A DNA stretch of 64,000 nucleotides from a virus (Duplodnaviria > Caudoviricetes): the IMG/VR virus record IMGVR_UViG_2671180604_000001, positions 10,331-74,330 of that record; one strand, 5' to 3'. Below are positions 55,760 to 64,000 of this stretch, one piece after another; position 1 is the first letter of the stretch; each line of letters opens with the position of its first letter. The notes under the pieces are model-generated. The model saw only the letters and a list, made by a program, of their open reading frames with translations, had not been told where the DNA came from and did no database searches. Made by a program: the position numbers and the translations under genes.

Positions 55760-56379
55760 GTATCGATCAATCTCAACAAATAGCACAAGCATTTTCATGG
55801 CTTCGCGCAATGTCAGGCGGAAAACTTACTCAAGATCAAGTTGAGGCAGGTGATGCGGTTATTGCAGTAAATGGCCTTACAACATTTGCAAAACTAATTG
55901 GTTTTACACTAGATGCTCGAATTAATAATGGGAAATTTGATATTTCAGAGAATGGATATCAATTAATACGCGAATTTGAAGGGTTTCGAGCTCAAGCTTA
56001 TCTAGATACCGGTGGGGTTTGGACCATTGGATACGGAACAATTAAATATCCAAATGGTGTACGAGTTAAAAAGGGTGATACATGTACACAAGGTCAAGCA
56101 GAGGTTTGGCTCAAAAATGATTGTGCCTGGGTTGATGCTTGTCTTGATAAATATGTTAAAGCAACTATTAATCAAAACCAATTCGATGCTTTAGCCTCTT
56201 TTGTATATAACGTTGGAGAATCTGCATTTATAAAAAGTACGATGCTTACCTTTATCAATAAAGGTGAACTTCAGAATTCAGCAACACAATTTGATCGTTG
56301 GATTTTTGATAATGGGAAAAAAATAGATGGTTTAGCTAACCGTCGTGCTAAAGAGAAGGCTTTATTTCTAAAAAAGTAA
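55756..56379 (+). CDS. Endolysin, GH24 lysozyme
   Basis: EFEG...AY.D..GVWTIGYG, NQFDAL.SF.YNVG, GL.NRR..E. Confidence 0.93.
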   Translation: MSIDQSQQIAQAFSWLRAMSGGKLTQDQVEAGDAVIAVNGLTTFAKLIGFTLDARINNGKFDISENGYQLIREFEGFRAQAYLDTGGVWTIGYGTIKYPNGVRVKKGDTCTQGQAEVWLKNDCAWVDACLDKYVKATINQNQFDALASFVYNVGESAFIKSTMLTFINKGELQNSATQFDRWIFDNGKKIDGLANRRAKEKALFLKK

Positions 56380-56507
56380 TTCATCATTGCAAACGCTCTT
56401 TATCATCACTGATTCTGAGCGTTTTTGTTCTTTGTGTTATACCTGGTTGCACAGCTCACACGATCAATAGCAATGTTCATGTTGGGGTTTGTGTTAGAGC
56501 TCTTTAA
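56364..56507 (+). CDS. Small lipoprotein after endolysin (spanin-like); no canonical start codon
   Basis: KKVIHHCKRSLSSLILSVFVLCVIPG-CTAHTINSNVHVGVCVRAL*. Confidence 0.45.
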   Translation: MSKKVIHHCKRSLSSLILSVFVLCVIPGCTAHTINSNVHVGVCVRAL

Positions 56508-56604
56508 TGAGTGCTCTCAACTTTTGAGAAAATATATGCACATAAGTTGAGTAATATTTTTTAATTGTGCAAATATATTCTCAAAATATGCTTGTGTACA
56601 TATA

Positions 56605-56626
56605 AAAGCCCTCTAAAGAGGGCTTT
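56605..56626. terminator. Bidirectional terminator
   Basis: AAAGCCCTC-TAAA-GAGGGCTTT. Confidence 0.7.
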
Positions 56627-56858
56627 ATTCTAATTCAATTTGGTTGTCGTCTTTGGTGACTTTAATTTTTAACTTCTTGTATTTCCGCTTATTTGGATCT
56701 AAAGCAGAATTGGTAACTTCTTTATGAAATTTAGAATCATTCATTAAAGTGGTATAGGCTTTATACCCCAATATAATCCTACTAGGCTGGTAACCATTCC
56801 TTTTTACATAATAATCAATCATTGAATTTAATTCGCTTAGGAGGTTATCTTCGCTCAT
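56625..56858 (-). CDS. Hypothetical protein
   Basis: 77-aa ORF ending in the terminator. Confidence 0.6.
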   Translation of the reverse strand: MSEDNLLSELNSMIDYYVKRNGYQPSRIILGYKAYTTLMNDSKFHKEVTNSALDPNKRKYKKLKIKVTKDDNQIELE

Positions 56859-57094
56859 CTCAAGAAATTCCTACTGATAGAAAATTTTTAAGTAATATAT
56901 ATTATGTGGTTAGTTATATCTATCTGAAATAAAATATATTTTAAATACATTTATTGTAATAAAAACTTAACATTTACTCACTATATTGAAGTTACAATAA
57001 TAAAAATAGTATAAGAATTAAACAATGTCTTGAAATTCTCCAAAGACCTCTAATTGATTAATTTTGGAGGTCTTTTTAATTAGGAGTAGTTGGT

Positions 57095-57367
57095 ATGCAA
57101 AATAGATTAAGAAGACTAAATAATTTCAATGGAAAAAATCAGCGAATCAAAAGTCTGGTAATAAATTACAAATACTTCTTAGCTGAACGTAACTTAGAAA
57201 ATTGTGAACTCAGCAGAATGATATTTGTAGAAAATTACATCAATGCTTTAAAATTTAATATTTATGACGATGATTCAAAAATGAAACTATCCAAGGAAAT
57301 TGAAAAATTTTATCCTCAATCAGTAGAATTGACTAGTGATGAGGATTTAAGTATTCAAGCAATTTAA
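57095..57367 (+). CDS. Hypothetical protein
   Basis: 90-aa ORF, AGGAG RBS. Confidence 0.6.
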   Translation: MQNRLRRLNNFNGKNQRIKSLVINYKYFLAERNLENCELSRMIFVENYINALKFNIYDDDSKMKLSKEIEKFYPQSVELTSDEDLSIQAI

Positions 57368-57428
57368 TTTCAAACTACTTATTTACTTATCTGAGGATTA
57401 ACAAGGACAAGTCAAAAAATGAATTCAA

Positions 57429-58073
57429 CTAATGAGTTTTTGGTCGGAATTTATGCATATCAGATTTGGGAGCAGCTGTGAAATCATTAGCAGAAAACTC
57501 ATGCATAAATTCAGCAACATCTTGATATTCACAGCTTAGCCAACTGTTTCTTCTATCTTGTGAAATAACTACAACAGAACGTTTTTCTTCGTCTGGCGCA
57601 TGAAACTGATTCATGAGTGGATGTGATTCTGAATTAATTGTTAGCATACTCATAGAGAGGATTTGTTCACCATTAATTGTTGCGTATTCATAGATACCAG
57701 CAACGGTGAAAGGCATTCCATCACAACGATATATTCCATACCAGTGTGGTTTTCCATCAATATATTTGGGCTCAAATATGGTTTCCACTGGTATTAAACA
57801 GAATTGATTATTCTTCCATGCATGCCTAAAATTTGGTTTCGTTGCAACGGTTTCAGATATTGCGTTATGAGTATCTTTTACTTTGTCTAAAGTATCAGCC
57901 CAATTCGGGACTAAGCCGAATCGTGCAGACCGCCATTCAATGCTTTCATTTTTTGCAATAATTATTGGGCTATTGTAGGCAGGATAAATTTCATTCTTAT
58001 AATCAAATGTGGGCTCAGACAGATCTAGTAATTGAGCGCGATTCTTGAAGATTGGTTCGTAATTAGCGCACAT
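57429..58073 (-). CDS. SOS response-associated peptidase (SRAP/YedK family)
   Basis: N-terminal MCANY, FGLVP.W, NA..ET, F.E, H....KR motifs. Confidence 0.9.
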   Translation of the reverse strand: MCANYEPIFKNRAQLLDLSEPTFDYKNEIYPAYNSPIIIAKNESIEWRSARFGLVPNWADTLDKVKDTHNAISETVATKPNFRHAWKNNQFCLIPVETIFEPKYIDGKPHWYGIYRCDGMPFTVAGIYEYATINGEQILSMSMLTINSESHPLMNQFHAPDEEKRSVVVISQDRRNSWLSCEYQDVAEFMHEFSANDFTAAPKSDMHKFRPKTH

Positions 58074-58286
58074 GGTGTTCTCCTTATTTCAAAACACTAT
58101 GGACTCAATTTCATTTTATTAGGGTGTGCTTTTGTAATTTTAGATAAAGATCAACTGCACGAATATAACAATAGAACAATAAGATATTGAAATAGTGATC
58201 TTATTAATCCTATTCTCAAATATCAAAGTACATACAGTACCCAATAATAAAAATGTTAGACTGAATCTTTAGAAGAGTATAAAGAA

Positions 58287-58508
58287 ATGAATATTTTTAT
58301 TTCTGGTGCTTTAGATGGTCAAATACTACCAATAGAAAAATACGAATCTGATATTTTTAAAGTTTCAAATATTGATACCTTAGAATCGATTGAATATGTT
58401 CGTAATGTATTTGAAAAGCATCATCTTACACATATTTTTTGGATACCTGAAAGTCTCGATAGAAAATATGTATATGAGAGAATTTCAGCTTATTTAATTG
58501 ATAAATAA
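58287..58508 (+). CDS. Small protein, G(G)xxDG family paralog 1
   Basis: MNIFISGALDGQ...Y.RN..EK.....FWIPE. Confidence 0.65.
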   Translation: MNIFISGALDGQILPIEKYESDIFKVSNIDTLESIEYVRNVFEKHHLTHIFWIPESLDRKYVYERISAYLIDK

Positions 58509-58656
58509 TGAAGTTCTTTATAAAGTCATAATAAAAAACCATAGCTACGAAATAAATGTGCTAAGGTTTTTTATTTTATTCAATTAAATAATTTTATTAC
58601 AAAATAAACGCTGTGAGCAAAGTAAAAAATTATGATATGGTTAAGAATCAAATAGA

Positions 58657-58884
58657 GTGGTGATAATTTTGAAATTGTGTATAGGTGGCGATCTAGATGG
58701 AATGAAAATTGATTTAAATAAAAAAAGATTTAATGCTGGTGAGATTGAAGCAGGTAAGTCTTCACAATATTATAAACAAATTTATGTTAAAAACGATAAA
58801 ATTTATAGTTTTTGGATTTGTGAGGATTCTGATATTCTTGAAATTAGTAAGCGTATCGAACAAATCCTTTCAAATCCGCAATAG
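58657..58884 (+). CDS. Small protein, GGxxDG family paralog 2
   Basis: LCIGGDLDG...Y.K......Y.FWI.E. Confidence 0.6.
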   Translation: MVIILKLCIGGDLDGMKIDLNKKRFNAGEIEAGKSSQYYKQIYVKNDKIYSFWICEDSDILEISKRIEQILSNPQ

Positions 58885-58945
58885 GATAAAATTTTAAATA
58901 TTAATATAATAGTTTTTTAAATTTTAAGAACAGATAATTTTGTTA

Positions 58946-58981
58946 AAAAAGAGCCCTATAGTTTCCTATAGGGCTCTTTTT
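58946..58981. terminator. Bidirectional terminator
   Basis: AAAAAGAGCCCTATAG-TTTC-CTATAGGGCTCTTTTT. Confidence 0.8.
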
Positions 58982-58999
58982 AAATGAAAAAATTTAATT

Positions 59000-59188
59000 T
59001 CAGCTTGGCTTGCTGGTATTGTGATCTGGTTGCACACCTTTATCTTTTTGATCTGCATCAGGCACAGGTGTAACGTCTGGATTAGGTTTGGTTGGAGTGC
59101 TTACTTCTGTATGCTCATTAGATTGTACTTCATTAGCAGCTTCATTATCTTTAGTTGCTTTTTTTGAAAAATCTTTAAAATCAGACAT
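59000..59188 (-). CDS. Small hydrophilic disordered protein
   Basis: 62 aa, no hydrophobic core, AAGG upstream. Confidence 0.6.
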   Translation of the reverse strand: MSDFKDFSKKATKDNEAANEVQSNEHTEVSTPTKPNPDVTPVPDADQKDKGVQPDHNTSKPS

Positions 59189-59485
59189 TTTAATCTTCTT
59201 ACCTTTGTTGTTGAGAGCCCATAGTACACTTATAGACCAGATACACTAAGGTTGTTGTAAGATAGCTATGTTGAAATTTGTGCTAAAAATTATGAATATA
59301 TCGATGAAATATTTCACCAGAAAAATCAGTTATATATTACTCCTTGAGTCATATCATTTAATATCTTAAATAGGCTAAATTTAATTCAAGTCCTTCTACA
59401 GAAAGAGCACATATTTAATTATTTAGACCCAATAATTTTGTTTTATGTGTTAAGGTGCATTTTTAAAAGATCAAGTGAATAATAA

Positions 59486-59707
59486 ATGAATATTTTTATT
59501 GGCGGTCCTTTCGACGGGCAGCATTTTCAAAATGAAAATTATACAGGAAATGAATTTAAGGTTAGTGATTTGAACTCATACATTTCAACTGTATATCAAA
59601 GAAATGAAATTGAAAAAAATGGATTGAAATATACTTTTTGGATTCCAGAGATTGCAGAAAAGGAATATGCTTTTTCAAGGATTTCCGATATTTTATGGAA
59701 TAAATGA
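59486..59707 (+). CDS. Small protein, GGxxDG family paralog 3
   Basis: MNIFIGGPFDGQ...Y.RN..EK...Y.FWIPE. Confidence 0.65.
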   Translation: MNIFIGGPFDGQHFQNENYTGNEFKVSDLNSYISTVYQRNEIEKNGLKYTFWIPEIAEKEYAFSRISDILWNK

Positions 59708-59782
59708 AAAATTAATATAGCTAGAAAGCTATTAGTCTCTGTTTTAATGTGTCTTAATCTATACGATGAAATCAAGGTTTAA

Positions 59783-59965
59783 ATGATGAATATTATTCCA
59801 AATGGTACACAAGTAATTCACCATTCGAAAGATGGTGGAGAAAATTACTACAAGGAGTTAAATGGAAAACTAATGCTCTGGGCAAAGGAGAAATGGCAGA
59901 TATCATGTATACCTGAAATTGAAATGATGAAAAAACATGGTTTTAAACTTACTTTTATAAATTAA
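59783..59965 (+). CDS. Hypothetical protein
   Basis: 60-aa ORF with AAGG RBS. Confidence 0.5.
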   Translation: MMNIIPNGTQVIHHSKDGGENYYKELNGKLMLWAKEKWQISCIPEIEMMKKHGFKLTFIN

Positions 59966-59993
59966 ATCGGTTTTACATTAACTTTTTGACATT

Positions 59994-60404
59994 TTAGAAG
60001 TAATTCTCATAAAAACAATGTTTAAATTTTACTAGTAGATCCTTAGCTTCATCTGAAATTACATCAAGATGCAGTTGTTCATTATTTAGAAAATAATCAA
60101 AATTTAGCATGAAATCATTTCTATGTACTAAAAATGAAAAAATATCATTTTTGAAATCAATCATATATGATTCAGACTCTAACCAAAAATGTAGGTGTTG
60201 TTTTATGTTAACACCTTTCATTATTTTAAACTCTAAGTAATTATGTTCGTTTAAAATACTTAATAAAATTATATAGAAATTTTTATTGTAATTTCCATCA
60301 ACTTGATTTTTATAGTGGTTGGATTTGAAATTATCACTGAAGCAATTTAAAACACAAATAATTAAGATGTGCATTTTTAATGTTTGGTGCTCTTTAGGTA
60401 ACAT
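59994..60404 (-). CDS. Hypothetical protein (true start probably internal)
   Basis: Very AT-rich ORF. Confidence 0.3.
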   Translation of the reverse strand: MLPKEHQTLKMHILIICVLNCFSDNFKSNHYKNQVDGNYNKNFYIILLSILNEHNYLEFKIMKGVNIKQHLHFWLESESYMIDFKNDIFSFLVHRNDFMLNFDYFLNNEQLHLDVISDEAKDLLVKFKHCFYENYF

Positions 60405-60653
60405 TGATTTTCCTTAAATCTATAATTATTCTTAAATATAAAATTAATTTATAAAGTATTAAAAAGATACAATTATAAAATTAAAATTGTAAAATCATAA
60501 ATATAATAGTCATATGTTTCTGTCAGTTTTAATTTAAGTTGTTATTTTTGATATTTAATTTTATTCTAAATATTACAATTTATATTTTTAATGGAAACAA
60601 TAAACGCTCATGATGATGAAACTATATTTTTAATGATAAAAGGATTGTTTTTT

Positions 60654-60980
60654 ATGAAAAATGGTATTTATTCATTAACTTTTCAAAGTGATGGAAAAGG
60701 TTTTGGAAGTGGAATTCTAGTCATTGAAGATGATTTCGCTAATGGTGGTGACGATACATACACTTACAATGGGGTGATCGAGGAAGATCGGCTCATTCTC
60801 AGTTTGAAAAAACATAATATGGATGTACATTCTTTCTTTGGTAATTTTAGTCTAATAAAGTTAAATCTAAATTTTATTGAGAGTAATCATAGTTATATAT
60901 TGAAAGGTAATGTTGAGAATTTACAGTCTATTCAACTGATAGTTCAATCAAAATTTATTGGTGAACTAAATAAATTATAG
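60654..60980 (+). CDS. GrlR-family beta-barrel protein
   Basis: MKNGIY...F......G.G........NGGD..Y.Y.G. Confidence 0.7.
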   Translation: MKNGIYSLTFQSDGKGFGSGILVIEDDFANGGDDTYTYNGVIEEDRLILSLKKHNMDVHSFFGNFSLIKLNLNFIESNHSYILKGNVENLQSIQLIVQSKFIGELNKL

Positions 60981-61160
60981 AAATTAATTTATTTAACTCT
61001 TTGTTAAGTATTATTTTATCAAAGAATATCGAATATTTTTTAATAAAAACTCAATTTATTGGGTTTTTATAATTTAAAGGCATTAATAATATTAAATTCT
61101 AAAGATAGTTGTTTAATGTTATTTAGCGTATACTTGAGTAAGTTTAATAGAGTAGAACTT

Positions 61161-61544
61161 ATGGAAAATTGTCTAACCTTAGCTGAAAGACTATATTTAT
61201 CATTTTATGATAAGAAAAAATTCTCGGCGGTAGCTACTGATTGGCTAAACTCATTAGTAAAAGAAATTAAGAAAGAAATAGTTGGAACTGATTTGGAAAT
61301 TTTTTTTAGTAATATCTATTTTAAACAGGGGTTTAAGAATGATATTAATGATAATTTATCAAAATTAGATATAAGTTTAATTCCTAATTATGAATGCGAA
61401 TATGAATTTATTTTGTGGTTGGCTTGCTTTATAGAGAAAATAACAATTAGTAGTAAACATACGCCACCTCCTATTAAGGCTTATATTCCTGATGAATATA
61501 CATATTCATACAAGTTAAATAAGAATTTTAAAAGTCATAACTAA
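61161..61544 (+). CDS. Hypothetical protein
   Basis: ORF from ATG 61161. Confidence 0.5.
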   Translation: MENCLTLAERLYLSFYDKKKFSAVATDWLNSLVKEIKKEIVGTDLEIFFSNIYFKQGFKNDINDNLSKLDISLIPNYECEYEFILWLACFIEKITISSKHTPPPIKAYIPDEYTYSYKLNKNFKSHN

Positions 61545-61784
61545 AGGTTTTTTGTTTTATTTTTTTTGAGTGTGAATTTTATTAATTACAAAAATATTGA
61601 AATTAATTTAAAGTATATTAATTCATTAAATTTATATTTATTAGTATTTTAAATTTAAGTCTAATAATTAATTTAATATATTTACAACTGGATACATATT
61701 ATAGGTATCTATGTCAAGATTATAGGCCTATGGTGAGTTGGTGTTAGATAATTATCTGCACATCATTATAAAGGAGAGACACTC

Positions 61785-61946
61785 ATGTCTCAGAATCAAG
61801 ATAATTCAAAACAACAGCCGAATCAGCAAAACCCATCTCCTGGGCAGCAACAGCAGTCTGAACCACCAAAAAAATCACCTGAGCAATCTGATTCTCAACA
61901 ACCCAGTACAAAACAACCTAAAGAAAGTAATGAGCAACATAAATAA
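61785..61946 (+). CDS. 53-aa Gln/Pro/Ser-rich disordered protein (not in ORF track)
   Basis: AAGGAG RBS; MSQNQDNSKQQPNQQNPSPGQQQQSEPPKKSPEQSDSQQPSTKQPKESNEQHK*. Confidence 0.6.
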   Translation: MSQNQDNSKQQPNQQNPSPGQQQQSEPPKKSPEQSDSQQPSTKQPKESNEQHK

Positions 61947-62099
61947 TCGCTCTTATTTTTATGATTGTTTTGCTGTAGGTAATTGATACTAAGGCACAAA
62001 GAGTAATCTGAAAAATACTCTTTGTGTCTCTTATATTTTGTTTTGATTATTTTTAAAGTGAGTGAATTGATTTTATGTTTTTATGAAGAGTATCTAATT

Positions 62100-62585
62100 A
62101 TGATCTGGGTTTTTATTATTGTTGTCATATGGGTTATATATATAATTTTTGAAAAGAAATTAAAAAAAATTAAAATAAATAATAGAATCCATGAATTGCC
62201 AGAATCGAGTTTAAGAGTTGTAGGTAAAATATTCTATGAAGAGGGTGAAGAATATGAACATGAGGTCATTGTTGTTCTTTACCAGAATGAACTGAAAACA
62301 GTTATTGGTATCGAAAGTGAAAAATTTATAAAAGTTCAGAAGAATGCAATTATTGCTCAAGAGGCTACTGGTGAAGTTGGTGTTTATATAGATGTTATGA
62401 GAGTTGGTTATTTAAATGCAGATAGTGCTATCGAATTTTGCAATTTCATTAAATCAAAAGGATTTTCTAAGCGCGATGCATTTGAAGTTGAAGCAATTGT
62501 TATGGGAAATCCCAAAGGCGATAAGTGGTTTGTGAAACTTAATATGCCATGTGAAATGCAAAAATTTAGATATAAAATTTATTAA
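62100..62585 (+). CDS. Membrane-anchored HIRAN-like domain protein
   Basis: N-terminal TM; V.V.ID...VGYL pattern. Confidence 0.5.
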   Translation: MIWVFIIVVIWVIYIIFEKKLKKIKINNRIHELPESSLRVVGKIFYEEGEEYEHEVIVVLYQNELKTVIGIESEKFIKVQKNAIIAQEATGEVGVYIDVMRVGYLNADSAIEFCNFIKSKGFSKRDAFEVEAIVMGNPKGDKWFVKLNMPCEMQKFRYKIY

Positions 62586-62773
62586 ATAAAATTATTTGAG
62601 TTTCATTTTCAATTGTCCTCCTTATGATTAAGCTTTTTTTGAATCATCTATGTTGAATAAATTTATCGAATTAAGCAGATCACATACCGAAATTGTGATA
62701 TGAGGTTTTATGGGTTAGACACAGTTCAAATTATCAAACTTTGTGTAACTATGTCTTTGGATTCTGGGTTTTA

Positions 62774-64000
62774 TTAGTCTTTCCAACTATCAACTATATC
62801 AGCCCAGTCTTGAAGCATTTCTCTACGATTATCTAAGTATTTGGCATGGTTATAAGATGCCCTAGTCTTGTTGTCATCAGCATGAGCCAATTGTTTTTCA
62901 ATCCAATTTTCATCATAACCTTTTTCATTTAATAAAGTAGAAGCTGTCGCTCTGAAATCATGTGCAGAAACATTATCAAGACCAATATACTTGAAGGCCT
63001 TATTTAAAGTTGAGCCTGACAACATTCCAGAGTTACTTTTGTTCTTATAGATCGTGGGAAATACTAAATCGCCGCCTCCTGAAATTTCAAACTGCTCTTT
63101 TAAAAGTTTGAAAAGTTGATCTGACATTGGGACTAAGTGAATTCTGTTTTTCTTAGTGGTTCTAGTTTGTCCTGTACGTTTGGATGCAATAGGAAAAGTT
63201 ATCAACTTTGCATCAAAATCTACAAAAGACCACTGCATTCGTCTTACTTCGACTCCACGTAACATAGAGTACATCAAAACTAGAATGGCATTTTTTACCG
63301 TAGTGGTACCAACATAGTTATCTAGCTTTACTCTTAAAAGCTTGGTTTCATGGAGTTCAAGTGGTCTAGCATGTTCGATTTCAGGACAATCAATAGCACC
63401 TCTGACTGCGAAAGTAGGATCGTAATCAGCACGAAGGGTAACTATTGCATATCTAATAACAGCACCAATGAATTTTCGATTATTAGTCGCAGTAAATTCA
63501 CCTGTACCATGATTATCTTGGCTTTGAACTCTCTTGATGGTGTTTTGCATTATTTGCAAAATATCAGCAGATGTAATTTTGGTAATCTCTTTATCACCAA
63601 TTACTTTGTAAGCGTCACGTTCTAGTGATTCTTTAAATTGATTTTGATACTTTTCAGAACGATCTTTGAGTCTTTTTTCAATATATTCTTCAGCAATAGT
63701 TCTGAAGGTATTTTTAGAAGCTATCTCTTTAGCTTTTATTTCCTTTCTTTTCTGCTCAACTGGATTAATTCCCTTAGCTAGTTTTTCTTTAGCATCATCT
63801 TTTAATCTTCGTGCATCAGATAACGAAACAGCAGGGTATTCTCCAAAACTAATTGATCCCTCTTTACCTTCATAAATAAATTTGAGTCGCCAAATTTTCT
63901 TCCCACTGGGACGAACCTCTATATATAAACGCTCACCATCGAGTACACGATATAGTTTTTCTTTTGGCTTTAATGATTTTACTCTGGTATCAGAAAGCAT
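62774..64000 (-). CDS. int: Tyrosine integrase, P4-like with Arm-DNA-binding domain
   Basis: MLSD..V...KP..K.Y...DG.RL; R (LRGVE), HDFR, QLAH, YNHA.Y catalytic residues. Confidence 0.95.
   Translation of the reverse strand: MLSDTRVKSLKPKEKLYRVLDGERLYIEVRPSGKKIWRLKFIYEGKEGSISFGEYPAVSLSDARRLKDDAKEKLAKGINPVEQKRKEIKAKEIASKNTFRTIAEEYIEKRLKDRSEKYQNQFKESLERDAYKVIGDKEITKITSADILQIMQNTIKRVQSQDNHGTGEFTATNNRKFIGAVIRYAIVTLRADYDPTFAVRGAIDCPEIEHARPLELHETKLLRVKLDNYVGTTTVKNAILVLMYSMLRGVEVRRMQWSFVDFDAKLITFPIASKRTGQTRTTKKNRIHLVPMSDQLFKLLKEQFEISGGGDLVFPTIYKNKSNSGMLSGSTLNKAFKYIGLDNVSAHDFRATASTLLNEKGYDENWIEKQLAHADDNKTRASYNHAKYLDNRREMLQDWADIVDSWKD

Larger units (their letters stand above)
1..64000. mobile_element. 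Prophage, P1-like myovirus gene set with tyrosine integrase (extends beyond the window on the left; att site not seen)
   Basis: Terminase, portal, protease, capsid, sheath, baseplate, fibres, holin/endolysin, Dar-like proteins and an integrase all present; no host housekeeping genes. Confidence 0.93.

Noticed and set aside
61738-61986. 82-aa ORF from the track
   Set aside because: Shadow frame of the 61785-61946 ORF, which has a strong RBS.
1-64000. CRISPR arrays, tRNA/rRNA genes and the many short antisense ORFs in the track
   Set aside because: No regularly spaced repeats or RNA gene structures recognised by eye; the antisense ORFs lie within well-supported genes and lack motifs.

Overview
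The whole 64 kb window is part of one AT-rich temperate myophage genome, most likely an Acinetobacter prophage (host inferred from composition and accessory gene types). It has a P1-like gene set: Hdf- and DarA-like head proteins, a DdrB-ParB polyvalent protein, a T4-gp21-type prohead protease, major capsid protein, portal, large terminase with a mini-intein, contractile tail and baseplate, holin and endolysin. A P4-type tyrosine integrase ends the window. Structural genes are scattered in about 16 small + strand units separated by AT-rich morons: an IetAS-like AAA ATPase/S8 protease pair, an AraC/SDR/hydrolase cassette, an SGNH hydrolase, a STAS/HATPase module, an RHH protein and a Tad1-like protein. 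Four patterns stand out when the sequence is read directly. (1) A recurring [FWY]-D-[S/G/A/D/N] motif is concentrated in head proteins and sits at the domain junctions of the 942-aa polyvalent protein, suggesting protease-processed polyproteins. (2) A TGGAAC box about 29 nt upstream of a weak -10 occurs 16 times, often overlapped by a hairpin that hides the RBS or terminates read-through. (3) The lysozyme-bearing tape-measure gene is followed by a lysozyme inhibitor, then by a diverged remnant of its own 3' end and a second secreted gene, like a polymorphic effector/immunity array. (4) A near-identical sheath-N-terminus-like domain occurs once free and once fused to a cargo domain. All family assignments come from motif recognition by eye; no searches were run.
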